Shown: positions 1 to 11,662 of the stretch, in pieces
Layout: each line of letters opens with the position of its first letter
How positions within the stretch are numbered: the first letter of the stretch is position 1
Assembly: GCF_003918875.1 (NCBI RefSeq)
Contig: NW_025767222.1
Coordinates: 372,001-427,376, forward strand
Reading direction: 5' to 3'
DNA length: 55,376 nt
Source of the DNA: Haliotis rubra
Taxonomy: Eukaryota
The notes under the pieces: model-generated
What the model was told of the DNA's origin: nothing
Seen by the model: the letters and a program-made list of their open reading frames with translations, nothing else
Databases searched by the model: none
Made by a program: the position numbers and the translations under genes

Positions 1-2497
1 GGAGCTGTGTATAGGGGCTCTGTGAATTGTTTATTCCAAGAGCAGGAGGCTAGTAATCCTTGCCGACGTGTCATGGTAGTAGTTTCAGTAAGTGCTGAAA
101 GATGGTCTGTAAGGAATTGTTGATCTTTTTCTGCATAAGTAGAGCTGAATAGATCATCCTGTCTTCCTCATCCGTGGAGTTCTTGAACTTGGTGATGAGA
201 GTTTCGTTAACAGTCCTAGATCTGTTGAGTCCAAAGAACATCCTTCTGGAAATGGTATCTAACTGGGCCATCTTGCGATCGTCTACCCTATAACTTCTGG
301 ACTTGGAATCACTGATAAGTTTAAAGTTTTCATCAATCTCCTGAGTCTTGAAAAGGGCTCCATATTATGTCCATAAAAACTCTTGGCATTGAAGAATGGT
401 AAATGGGTAAGTTGAGTTTTAGCAGATTTGGAGTAGGCTGTATCCAGTTTAGCAGGAACGGCTGCGTATAGGATCCATAGGAGGCACGGTGATATGATCT
501 ACATCATCATCTAACATCAGGTAAGTTTGGGCTGTATCCTCGCTCTTAGAGGGAGAGGCCAGTTGTAATTCGCTTTACCATCCAATACCTTATCTCAGCC
601 TCTGAGAAAATGATACCATCGCCCTCCTCTGACGATGGTCGATATGTCGGAGTCCTCGATCTGTAAGAAGATCTATGTGAGGACTGAGGAGAACGGACTG
701 ACGAGTGGCTAGTGTATGTAGACCTTGGAGAAGACATCCTTCGCGGAGATTGTGGGCTTCGTGGAACGGTGATGGCTTCGCAGACGCTTCTGGACTTCTC
801 GAACGCTGAGGGCTACGCTGATCGCCTTCTAGGCGATGTAGAACCACTTAGCCTTCGGCCCCACGCTAATGTCTGGAGTCAGTGTCCGATCCGACATATG
901 AGCTTTGCTTCGCTGGACGCCTTCGCATGACGACAAAGGTGCGTGCTCGGGCGAAGCGCTCCTTCTCCTCGCAAGCCTCTTGCAAAAGGTGAGGCTCTGG
1001 CTCCTTCACGGAGGCGCCTGGGATACCTTATGCAAAGAGCTCACCCGGCAGGGTTGCTCTTCGCGGAGGCGCTGCCTATGGGCTCAGAGGCCCCACGCTG
1101 AAGCCAAGGCGGGCTCTGAGGCCCTGTATGACTTAATATGGGGTGGGCTCTGAGGCCCGTGGCTCTGAGGCCTCTGTAAGCCGTAGCAGTCTTCCATCAC
1201 CCCTCATTATGTGGTTGATCAAGTCGCCTGAAGCGGTTGCGCTGATGAGGGATGTCTCTCTGCAGAGGTGACGGACCCTCAGATAAAATTTCTGGAGATA
1301 GAGTCGGCATCTCCGGTTGTGTGTTCATCTGCGCTGAGGTGACAGTCGCAGAAACGGGCCGCTTCTTGTGATCTAACTTCTGAATGATAATTGGCAAATC
1401 ATCATCATATAATGCTAATTCTGTAACTGGTAAGATATCAGAGGCAAAATTATTAGATTTTGTTGACTTCCCTTTAGATGAAGGTGTAGATCTTGGTGTA
1501 CGAGTGTATGTAGATGATATGGATGGTTTCCTCGACTTGACTGAGAAGACGGCAGCTCTTGAGATGCAGGTCGCTTCTTGGACATAGCGGATCAAGGCCC
1601 CACGCTTATCCGCCGAGGGAAACTCAGGCATGCCACCAGCCGGTGGCGGTCCTCAGTCAACAGTTGACATGAAACATTAATTTGCGATCTATTAGCCATG
1701 TTTGAATTCTGTTTACGGGATTTATCTGCCTTCCGTCTATAAACGGAACATAAATATTTGTCAAAGGCAGAGATAGGTAAATTGATACAAAATTTACAAC
1801 GAGAATCAAAGGAACATGGAGTAATGCAACTAGGGCATTTTAAATGTGGATCGGTATCAGAATAACGAAGTTTACATTCTGTGCAATTTTTCATTAATGT
1901 AGCCTACTGAACAAACACGACTAACCGTGAATAAAACAGCAGAAACACAATTAATAATCAATGCAAATTGAATAATTATATTAGTACTACCTCTATACTA
2001 ACGTATAAGAGGAACTAACTAAATATAATTAAAGGATATAGTGTGTTGGGAGACACAGGGCTCTCACGCCCAGCTCACTGGGCTTAAGAAGGAGAGAGTG
2101 AGGCACATGGGCTTGGGTGGTGCCCTCGCTCCGCTTAGAAGGGAGGTAACTCGTGGTGAGTACTAATGAGTGATTCTTTATTGAAGGAACTTCAATTGGG
2201 AGATACAAGTGTTCCACTAGGTTCGCCAGAAGAAGAAGACAAGCAAATAAGCATGAGTCAGGATAAGAAAAATCCTCTAATTGCTGAGTTACTTCTCACT
2301 CCACTGTATTGAAGGTACATAACATCAGCCAGTAAATTACAGCAAGCATCTACGCGAGTCATGAGTCTGACTACTCAAACCTATATTACATAAAGCACAG
2401 CATACAAGGAACCCATCTTATGAGGAACTCCCTAATGGTTAGGAAGGACTCAGCTATTACTGCCAGCATTCTAGTGAGCTGATATGGGTTTCGAGGA
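1..2497 (-). mobile_element. DIRS-like (tyrosine-recombinase) retrotransposon, 5' part: putative terminal repeat plus frameshifted gag; continues off the window; lies in an NFXL1 intron
   Basis: ORF 1894..1592 starts MKNCTECKLRYSDTDPHLKCPSC..C....RCKFC, the Cys/His knuckle typical of DIRS1 gag N-termini. It is followed by Ser/Arg/Pro-rich fragments (RSRSP, SSHRSSYRSRTP) and a helical region in ORF 271..71, broken over several frames. RT and recombinase are not in the window. The right boundary is inferred. Confidence 0.65.
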
Positions 2498-2516
2498 ATT
2501 ATCCCTCAATACCTAC

Positions 2517-2650
2517 CAAAACCAGGGTAGAGCCGATGTAGGTCCAATATCCTTGTCGGACTGATATACTTGTTGGTAGACGCCCTCTCGCACCCACTTC
2601 TGGATACAAGGGATGTGGAACATGCAGAAACATCCTTTACAGTTCCAGAT
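2517..2650 (-). CDS. NFXL1: NFXL1 coding exon 4 (second half of the RING domain)
   Basis: cag|ATC...TTT TG|gtaggt. Translates IWNCKGCFCMFHIPCIQKWVREGVYQQVYQSDKDIGPTSALPWF(C), matching the NFXL1 pattern WxCxGCFCxFHxPCIQKW...PWxC. Confidence 0.92.
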
Positions 2651-2737
2651 CTGAACACAAACAGTGACACATGTAAAATCATTTTAGCAGTCTTTTATGT
2701 CAAACAAGAAGACATAATAATCAATGTTTTTTAACTA

Positions 2738-3030
2738 CACCATGACATTCATGTCATGAAAACACATACCACATTTGTTTTCCCTATCTATAACGGCTTT
2801 TGAGAAAATCTGTCCCCATCATGGGGATATCATGCACTAAGTCAAGAAACGCATCACAAGGGCCATAACTCCGTAACAAATTGTAACACGGTTTCCGTTT
2901 TCGTACTCCATCAAGGCATTCATGTCCCTGAAAACACATACCAAATTTGGTTTTCCTATCTATAATGTTTTTTTAGAAAGTCTGTCCCCCTCATCTTGGA
3001 CGGATGGAGCTCAAACCTGTATCCCCCTCC
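2738..3030. repeat. Dispersed-repeat fragment with two diverged ~80-bp internal copies (possibly a Helentron/Helitron-type non-autonomous element)
   Basis: cattcatgtc.tgaaaacacatacca.attt...tcc.tatctataa.g.ttt..agaaa.tctgtcccc occurs at ~2746 and ~2917, with aagggccataactcc between. The family assignment is from memory only. Confidence 0.4.
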
Positions 3031-3202
3031 TGGTTGTCTCCCATTAGTTACACAGTTTGAAATTGCCAATTGTTACACAGTCAGATTACAACAATACCCT
3101 CGGCCTTAATAGACTCTTCCATTCTGATGAGCTGAAGGAATAGCACCCAAGCCAACTCCCTTCATACAATACAAAGCTCTTTACATGTTATTCCATTCAA
3201 TG

Positions 3203-3514
3203 CAGAGTGCGAAATAGTTTCCAAATTTTGCTAGCCATATGGACTAGCTTTGCCTGGAAGTTACTAGCCCACAAAATTATTCACTGGCCCGAAATTTGAA
3301 TGTAATATGATGAACATTTTTATCAGGCCATAATCTTGCATGATTTAATAGTGTATTACAACTTAACAAGTCGGAGAGAGTGATATACATGTATTTACAA
3401 AATGACCCCATGAAAATTCACTAGCCATTCGGGCCAGTGACTGTGGAGATTTACTGGCCCGACTGGATTTTTACTAGCCACGAGCTAGCGGGCTAGTGGC
3501 TATTTCGAACACTG
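3203..3514. mobile_element. hAT-type MITE
   Basis: TIRs cagagtgcgaaatag / ctatttcgaacactg (13/15 match). 8-bp TSD attcaatg (3195-3202) versus actcaatg (3515-3522). Internal ctagcc/ctggccc subterminal repeats. Confidence 0.75.
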
Positions 3515-3739
3515 ACTCAATGTAAGATTATTTTTTCATTAGCTTTAGATACAAATTACATACAATACAAAACTCTTTACATATTTGCATGAACATCAAT
3601 TCTTCCACGCAAGGTGAGATTATCTCTTTCCTCAGTTTTACATACAATTGTAATTGAGTTAACTCAATTATACTGAGGAATGGAATCTTGCTATAAATAT
3701 GCTTTTCCAGCAATATTCCAAATTGCCATACACACATGC

Positions 3740-4664
3740 TGCCCATGTGAAGCGATTTCGATATGCTTGGCAACCACTAGGCCAAATACACCATGCTGTG
3801 GAAGCCAAATTGCCCACAGCAGAGATCAAGGGATGCTATATTCATTGCACACAAGCCATCTGATGCAAGACGCAAGACCTAGGACTAGTGGGACAGTAGA
3901 AGGATGACCCTGATGTTCAACAATGGATCCGGCGTGCTGCTCCTGCCACTTTTTCCCTTGACGTTAACCTTACTGAGGACTTCAATGATTATATGGTTGT
4001 GAACTGGATAGACTATGATGCCAGATTTCCTCTCCACCTGTGGAACCTTCACCAAGCACGAGGCCCTCGCACAAACAACAACCTTGATGGCTTTCACAAC
4101 AGACTCAACTGAACCTTGCCTCATAACCACCCGAACTTATACAGATTCACTGCCGTTTTTCGGAAGATAGAGACCACAGATCAAGTCAAGCTTGCACAGA
4201 TTGACTTTCGGGCAGCTCCATCTACACAGAAACGGGTCTACAGGGAGCTAGAGAACAGGATCCAGAGATTGAAAGACCAACTCCAGCAGAGAGCCAAGTC
4301 ACCGCTAGAATTCCTTGACGCCATCGGACACTATGGCTAAACCTCGTTTTCAGATTCTGTGACTTTGTCTTGTTCTATCGTGCTTTGTCATATTCTGATT
4401 TGTCCAGTGCTTCTTATGTTGTCTTATTCTCGGATTCAATATGGTTTGTCCATATTGTTGTAAATAGTTTGATAAATCTTAGTCTAGTGCTTATAGTGCT
4501 TTGTCTTATTTGTCATACACAAGTGTGGGTTATTCCATTCTAAACTATTAAAGGGTAATAGGAAGGAGATTAGATATGCAATCATCTGTAAAGTTGTTTG
4601 TATAAGGGTGTGAAACTACTGGCAGATGTAACTAATGGGATAATGGTGGGGGATAATATTCCTC
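3740..4664 (+). mobile_element. Degenerate Mutator/MULE transposase C-terminal fragment and element end
   Basis: FNDYMVVNWIDYDARFPLHLWNLHQARGPRTNNNLDGFHNRLN*TLPHNHPNLYRF contains the MULE-type WN...RTNNxxEGxHxxLN...HPN motif, with stops and deletions. Confidence 0.7.
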
Positions 4665-4674
4665 TGCACTCTAG

Positions 4675-5775
4675 GGCTCATTCCCACTTACCCAACTTGC
4701 TGGGGGGATTAAAAGAGATTAACAGTGACGGGTCAGTGATTGTGCAGAGTGAATTTGTTACCCCTGCTATGGTTGTGACATAAGGTCACCCAGCACTCCA
4801 ATCAGGGCCGATCAGAGCAACCTGATGACCACCGGTGAACATATTTCACAAGATAAACTATATGAACCATATTCATATCATTTGCTACAAATTGAATTTT
4901 AATTAAGTGAACTATGCCAACAACAAGTATTATAAAGTATGGAGATTTCCTTGTTTCTCCATTGCACTATGGCAAACTTTCACGTAAACACTTGTTTCAT
5001 TCCCAATGGACACGGCGATCAGTACTTGGTCTACAGGGGCTGTAAGTTCAGTATCAAGAGTGAATGAGTGAGTTAATATTTAACGTCACATCGGCAATAT
5101 TTCAGCCATATCGTGACGAGAACATGTTTGATATTGAAATGGAATGTGTGTATATTATATAACCCTGTCGACAAAGGACAGTAAACAACTAGAATTTCAC
5201 AATTACAATTAAATCTAGTGTGGAAAGTTAAAACTAATAGCACTATGTGGACAATACAATATAAAAACAGGCTACAGATTATCAACAACTGAAGGTAGAT
5301 CACCACACTAGGGACTTAGTATCAAGACCCGACGAAGGACTGTGTTTTCCACCCCGACATTAAGGCCATTGGCTTTTTAAAGATGGAACAATGCTGGGTG
5401 GAGGCATGTGTTCTACAGCTAAGAAACGGTGCCAGACCTCCACCTAGGAGAGAAGATGAGTTGCACTGAACCGTGCCTTGGAAATGTACAAGAGACTCAG
5501 TATCACATTTAACTGGTAATTAAGTGTGAAAGGTGTGCTGTGAAATACTGATGTATAATATGTGACATGATGTTGTATTAAGTTGTATAAATGGATAACT
5601 TGTATGCATATAATTAATAAATACAGACAAACATTGAATCAAACGTAGAGGCATTTTATCCCATTTGGCCCCGGTTACTATTTCACAGGGAACCAAATAA
5701 GGGATTAAAGGGGATTATCACACCCCAGTGATTTCTTCTACTGAAACAATAGGAGTTGGGTAAGTGGGAAGACCC
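4675..5775. mobile_element. Non-autonomous MULE-like element containing a nested retroposon tail
   Basis: Inverted termini ggctcattcccacttacccaact / agttgggtaagtgggaagacc. Flanking 9-bp near-duplication gcactctag (4666-4674) versus ccactctag (5776-5784). Confidence 0.6.
5058..5320 (-). mobile_element. Retroposon (LINE-like) 3' end with (ACTC)n tail, copy 1
   Basis: gagtgagttaatatttaacgtcacatcggcaatatttcagccatatcgtgacg...caacaactgaaggtagatcacca; homologous to 8825-9106. Confidence 0.65.
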
Positions 5776-6358
5776 CCACTCTAGCACACCTGAATATGTG
5801 GTCAGCAATGGTCAACAAAGGCAGACACTTAGTCAAGTTGACATTCGAACATTTTCTGCAGAAATACCACGATGTAAAAGGTGGCAAAGGACTCCATTGG
5901 CAATCTCAGGGGAGAAAATACAAATCTGAACTTACGAGCTTTGACAAACTTGGTTGAAATTAATTTATCGTATAAGTTGAATCCAACAACTAACTAAATA
6001 CCTAATGTTATTATGGTTTATACAAAATGTTTGATAAAAATAAAACAAATGAACATGTATGTTGTTGAAACATGCTAACCGAGTATAGACTTTTACCACA
6101 TACCATCTGTAACATGAGATATTTGGGATTACACTTTCTCAGTAATCTAGGACTTCCAGCAGCCATATAAAAAAAACCACTTGAACCTACGGAACAAGTA
6201 TGGGTGCCATCACTTTCATGGATATAGAGCAGAAAAATTAAGATAGACTATGCCACTCCACTGTACCTCACTGTATATACGAAGTCAGCAGTGTAAAATG
6301 TCAACAAAGGCAGACACTCAAAAACACTGATATTCAATATTTGTAGCATTTCACTTAC

Positions 6359-6468
6359 TGGTTCTTCTCTCTTGATGGTGTCGATACACACAAGGCAAGC
6401 TGATGTGCTCGATCGGAACGAGTGAAGTAGGTCATCCTGGGCCTTGTTCACATCAACACTGCCACCAC
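6359..6468 (-). CDS. NFXL1: NFXL1 coding exon 3 (first half of the RING domain)
   Basis: ttcag|GTGGTGGC...GAACCA|gtaagt. Translates GGSVDVNKAQDDLLHSFRSSTSACLVCIDTIKREEP and joins the IWNC exon in phase 0. Confidence 0.88.
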
Positions 6469-6513
6469 CTGAACATGGTCAAGGTCATACAATTGAAGTA
6501 GATATTTGGCTGA

Positions 6514-6673
6514 NNNNNNNNNNNNNNNNNNNNNNNNNNNNNNNNNNNNNNNNNNNNNNNNNNNNNNNNNNNNNNNNNNNNNNNNNNNNNNNNNNNNNNN
6601 NNNNNNNNNNNNNNNNNNNNNNNNNNNNNNNNNNNNNNNNNNNNNNNNNNNNNNNNNNNNNNNNNNNNNNNNN
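6514..6673. other. Assembly gap (N run)
   Basis: Run of about 160 n. Confidence 0.99.
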
Positions 6674-6674
6674 T

Positions 6675-7070
6675 ACTGTGGCAACACTGTATTCATTATG
6701 CAAACTTAGTGAAAACTTATTTTGCACAATTTGAGTGAGTGAGTGAGTGAGTGAGTGAGAGTGAGTGAGTGAGTGAGTGAGTGAGTGAGTGGAGAGTGAG
6801 TGAGTGAGTGAGTGTGGCAACACTGTATTCACATTATGCAAACTTAGTGACAAGTACAATGAGCACAATGAGTGAGTAGTGAGTGAGTGAGTGAGTGAGG
6901 GCAACACTGTATTCATTATGCAAACTTAGTGAAAAGTGGAGGTGAGGTGAGTGAGTGGTGAGTGAGTGGTGAGTGAGTGGTGAGTGAGTGAGTGAGTGAG
7001 TGAGTGAGTGAGTGAGAAGATTTTAAGTCACATCGGTAAATATTTCAGCCATATGGTGACTAAATACAAT
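6675..7070. repeat. (GAGT)n microsatellite interleaved with 3 copies of a ~40-bp unit, ending in a retroposon tail
   Basis: ggcaacactgtattcattatgcaaacttagtga x3 between GAGT arrays, next to the gap. Confidence 0.9.
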
Positions 7071-7145
7071 GATTGAAATTCATGAAAACATGGTTAGTGA
7101 TCTGAGCAGATTTTTTAAATAACCTTGTTCATTTTAGTATATTTA

Positions 7146-7860
7146 CAGTTGTGCCCCGTTTACCCGAACTCAAATATCCGGAAAACTTGCCTTCCGAACA
7201 AAAGTTCCTTAAAACGAATTCACAACGTTGTAAAATTACTCACTTATCCAGAAACCCGGTTTCCGTAAACCGGACGGTCATTTTCACATACAAAACGCTA
7301 AATTATATGCATTTTTTTCTCGTTTATCAGGAAGGCTGAGCACCTGTCAGTATGTTTACACACGCATTTTACCAAGTGGCCTTGCGTGCCCTAACAAAAA
7401 AAATGTCGTCAGTCTTTGAAGCATGAGAGGATTAACTACCTGTAATTAGCAAGGTGACACAGAGTTAATTTTGAGTTGCTTTTGAGGCGTGTCAATTTGT
7501 GGGTCACTATAATTACGCTGATAAACTAGGCTAGATGTCCCCGTTATTTTGGTAGTGACTTTAATCTGGAAGTTTATGTTAGATACAGGAACCACGCAAA
7601 AGCATGCATAAAATAAAAACTGTTTCAAGATTGGTTGCTAGCATTTGACAGACAGATGAGATTGAGAGGTAGGTGTGTTATATTACTGATGGACAATGCA
7701 GCTCACCACACCCCCAATGTGAAGTTGACACATGTCAGATTGCACTTCCTGCCGACCAACACAACGGCACACATTCAGCCGATGGATGCAGGAATCAACC
7801 GTGCTTTTCAAGCACATTACCGCAAGCTCGTTGTGAGACACTTCTTTGTATGTGTTTTAA
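7146..7860 (+). mobile_element. Tigger/pogo-family transposon relic (DDE catalytic fragment)
   Basis: ORF 7635..7946 VILLMDNAAHH...LHFLPTNTTAHIQPMDAGINRAFQAHYRK is the pogo/CENP-B DDE_1 signature. ta|cagttgtgccccg is a TIR-like start at ~7146. Confidence 0.85.
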
Positions 7861-8099
7861 CATATGGTCCTTGGAAAAACACAAGTGTCAGGATAAACAG
7901 GGCACGACTGTACATTGAAAAAAATTCTTCTGGTAGGCACAATTAAATTCCAAAAAGTGAACGCCTAAATGTTTTTATGTCAGCACCATGTGGCACACTT
8001 GCAAAATATACCTTTCTATTGGTTTAAATATTAGAAACTATCTCACTCTTGTGACAGGTATACTTGAGCAAAACAGTATTCCTTGGAAAAAGGGCTTAC

Positions 8100-8266
8100 T
8101 ATAATTTTTGAGTATCCACTGAAGATTGATTCCAAGACATTGTTTCCAATGTCATCTTCCTCCTCGGAACTGTCTGACTGATCACAATTGTCCTGCAGAT
8201 GGCGCTGTATTGACTGCTGATGGGACTCACTGACTTCCTTGAACCGATGCTGGGCAGATTTATTAT
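8100..8266 (-). CDS. NFXL1: NFXL1 coding exon 2 (acidic N-terminal region)
   Basis: ttaag|AT AAT...|gtaagc. Translates NKSAQHRFKEVSESHQQSIQRHLQDNCDQSDSSEEEDDIGNNVLESIFSGYS, similar to the NFXL1 KFEEI..SSSEE region. Its end phase is one base off from the next exon (see findings). Confidence 0.85.
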
Positions 8267-8567
8267 CTTAAAAGAAACATTTTTCTAAAGAAACAAAAAA
8301 TACAATTCGACAACAATAATTTTAACATAATGTACATTTAGTAACAATTCTTTATATTTTTATTTAAAGAGAGAATACTGTACCAGTACATATTCTGATC
8401 TTGACATTCTTCAGAAAGATAATAAGTGGTGAATAATAAATTACTGAAACGATTTAATAGAAAAAAAATTCTTGTCACTTTAGACTACTATTTTTTTTTA
8501 AAACAACTTTAATGGCCAATATTCAACCACAAGTCCACTGAAAATTTCAGTATAATTTCGAATTTGG

Positions 8568-8762
8568 GTGAGTGAGTGAGTTTAGTTTTACCCCGCACTC
8601 AGCAATATTCCATCTTTATGGAGGCGGTCTGTAAATAATTGAGCCTGGACCAGATAATCCAGTGGTCAACAGAATGAGCACTGATCTACGCAATTGGGAT
8701 ACGATGACATGTGTCAAACAAGTCAGCAGGCCTGACCACCTGTTAATCACCTCTTACGACAA
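8568..8762 (-). mobile_element. SINE family A, partial
   Basis: Reverse-complement match to the 24154-24411 / 53287-53533 sequence. Confidence 0.85.
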
Positions 8763-8824
8763 TTTGAAATTTGGATTATATAATAGTTCAGTTCCTGTTA
8801 TTAAAGTTCTAAATGATGTTTTCA

Positions 8825-9106
8825 GTGAGTGAGTGAGTTAATATTTATCGTCACATCGGCAATATTGCAGCCATATGATGACGAGACCAATTAATTATTG
8901 TATTAGAGAAAAATAAAAGTAGAAATTAAAAGCCTGCTGACAAAGAACAGTAAAACTACCAGTGTATCACAGATATTCAAGTAAAACTAGCATGTTATCA
9001 TAAAACGATATTTATAAAGTGAACAATACAATACAAAACCAGGCTATAGATTGCCAACAACTGAAGGTAGATCACCATACTAGGGACCTTGGGGACTTAC
9101 AGTACC
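8825..9106 (-). mobile_element. Retroposon (LINE-like) 3' end with (ACTC)n tail, copy 2
   Basis: Homologous to 5058-5320. Confidence 0.65.
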
Positions 9107-9215
9107 GATGTTTTGAGTGAGCAGAATTGACTTGAATGGTTTGAATGGTTTATTATACAATCTCACATTGAATGTAATATCAAAACACTTGAACTTAATA
9201 AAATAAAGACGTTAC

Positions 9216-9339
9216 CATCAGCCCTGTTATTGTTCCAAGCAGAGCTGCCAACTTGTTTGTTCTTGTTTTGTTGCTGGTCCCCTGCACCCCGCCCTCTTCC
9301 ACGACCCCTCCCTTTCAAATATGCCGGAGTGACATCCAT
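9216..9339 (-). CDS. NFXL1: NFXL1 first coding exon (RG-rich N-terminus)
   Basis: ATG at 9339. Translates MDVTPAYLKGRGRGRGRGAGDQQQNKNKQVGSSAWNNNRAD, then G|gtaacg in phase 1, which fits the next exon. NFXL1 proteins start with a GRGRxRGR motif. Confidence 0.82.
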
Positions 9340-9727
9340 CTACAAACTAAAGGGGAGGGGTTTCAGCGAGCTGAACAGTACAGGCATTTATCGGGACCAG
9401 TTCAATCACACGTTGACATTCAACCCCAAGCCTGCAGCAAATGCCTAAAGCGTCTCAACATATATGAGCATAAATAGTAACTGTTATAATATTTGCCATG
9501 TATTGGAAAATGTTGTCAATGTGATAAACCAATCTGATGAACCAGGTATCTGATAAACATGCAAATGAAGTCACCTAGCAGGAATGTTTTGTAAGTTTAG
9601 ATACTGGCCGTTCTTCTCCAAGGTTATGATAACATACATAGCTGAAAATCATTCACCACTTTAAGAGACTGTTCACTCATTCACTGTTTTTATGTGCAAT
9701 GTGCAACTTCCTTCATGCATCCTTTTA

Positions 9728-9947
9728 AGTTAGTTAGTGAGTTTAGTTTTATGCCACACTCAGCAATATTCCAGCTATATGGACCAGACAATCCAGTGAT
9801 CAACAGCATGAGCATCGATCTGCGCAATTGAGAAACGATGACATGTGTCAACCAAGTCAGCGAGCCTGACCACCCGATCCTGTTAGTCGCCTCTTACGAC
9901 AAGCATGGGTTACTGAAAGTTCATTCTAACCCGGACCTACACGGGTT
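9728..9947 (-). mobile_element. SINE family A
   Basis: Near full-length reverse-complement copy (ttagtcgcctcttacgacaagcatggg). Confidence 0.9.
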
Positions 9948-10799
9948 CCTTTTAAGAGGACATTCTAAGATATACATGTATTACCTTTAAGATATTATGA
10001 TACAGAAACACACTCAGATAATGAATCTCTTTCAACAACTACATAAGAAACATTATCTTCCTGAGTCAAGGGAGTTAACTCAGTATAAAAGTCCAAGTCA
10101 AATTCCAGCCGTGTGCGAAATATGCATTATGTTGGAAAGCGCCAAATCATCATATCCACCCTTGTCGAATTTGGCTTTAATAGTGGAGATACATTTAGGC
10201 TTGACGGAAGAGTCTATATAGTAAAATATAAATCACAAAGAAATTGATGTCCGATTTGAACAGTGAACTGAAGGATTTGCAAAGCATGGGTATGATCAAC
10301 CATGCATTGACAGATACTTTACATATCATTTCATGTTTTTAATCAAAGTCCTCAAGTAAATTGATGATCTTCGTTACCTACTACCTGATTACCTACTATT
10401 TTACTCTTGAGTCCTTTATCATCACGAAGTATCTTAAATCTTTATTAGTATATTTATTGAGTAATAAACAGTTAAAAGGTAGAACGAAAAACCACCGAAA
10501 CTAAAAGGCAGCACAATACCTCTTGAAAATTGGAATTTATGTTTTGCTGGTGTCAATAAATTATTCATGGTTTCATTAACTTTGAAAAACAATAACAGGC
10601 TAACATGCTTTACAAAGTACGTGGCAAAATTATCTTAATGCAGATTACACAAATTGACACTGACACGGTCATGAAACGTCCGTTTCTGGATCATTCTGTC
10701 CACCCTTATAATTTATAAAGATCTAACAGTGCGCAAAGAGGCTGGTGCCACGAAACTGTCGTCATAGAGTAAAGTGCTCTCAGCTTTTAATCTGAAAAC

Positions 10800-11237
10800 T
10801 AACCGCTAAGCTATTAATATGACGATTGGCCCCCCTGTCGCGGTACCGGTAATGTTTGCTCTGGTTTCCTCTGATAACATTTAGATTCCGAAATGTCTCG
10901 CCGACGTGGGAGCTGACATGTTGGTTTAGGAATTGTGGGAACACATTATATGCGTTATTTTTATAATAATGTTTGATTCAAACTATATTTCATCTAGCAT
11001 TGAACGGACATATCGTTAAATATAAAAAATCCTCACCTCTAAACGATTTAATCAAGGATAAAGATGATTTATAATAATTCCAATAATCTCATAACAACGC
11101 GAAGAGGAGTGAAAGAAAATGGCGATGGTTTGACAATTTGTGTTGGTCAGCCACCTGTTTCTTTTAGTTGTTATAGTCACACTGGGGGAAGGGTGTTGAT
11201 AAAAAACGAAAGAAATCCCTAGGTGATAACGCTGCGT
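10800..11237. promoter_or_regulatory. Putative bidirectional promoter and 5' leaders shared by NFXL1 and UBE3A
   Basis: Locally CpG-retaining region between divergent genes. ZNF143/Staf-like TTCCCACAATTCC on the minus strand at ~10929-10941. YY1-like AAAATGGCG at 11116-11124 on the plus strand. Confidence 0.55.
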
Positions 11238-11287
11238 ATGAATTCAAAGGATAAAGAAACCTCACAAGGCGGGATCGAAGCCGCAAG
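11238..11287 (+). CDS. UBE3A: UBE3A/E6AP coding exon 1
   Basis: MNSKDKETSQGGIEAA AG|gtaaca (phase 2) joins 14693 to give IEAARKRAAVRQLIEKYY, equivalent to vertebrate DIEASRMKRAAAKHLIERYY. Confidence 0.8.
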
Positions 11288-11662
11288 GTAACATGACAAA
11301 CCCTAGTCGGGAAGCACTTCGTACCACAGCCTCAGTTTGAATAACGTAAAAAATGTTTTTAATTTTGTGATTTTCCTTAATAGTGTATGTGTATTTTATG
11401 AATTGTTTACCCTACATAACCATAAAAGACTCAGCAATCAACTTACGGCATAACTGAACAATTGCCAACAAGCAACATTCACAAGCTCTTACAAATTGGC
11501 ATCACCGAGGACCGAAATCAAAACAGTCGGAGCAGACCATAATAACAACATTATGTGCAGCTTGTTAATGACCCAGCCATCACCCAATTTACCAAAATAG
11601 ATTTGGAATAAGATGCAAGCAATACCAAAATAATAATTTTTGTTTAAGGCCTCTGAAATACA

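Noticed and set aside
3120-3150. CTGATGAG hammerhead-like start (also ~29768)
   Set aside because: No stem II followed by GAAA and no flanking helices are visible.
6675-6940. Repeat-spacer pattern superficially like a CRISPR array
   Set aside because: The spacers are (GAGT)n microsatellite, the context is a eukaryotic intron beside an N gap, and there are no cas genes. It is probably a local repeat or mis-assembly.
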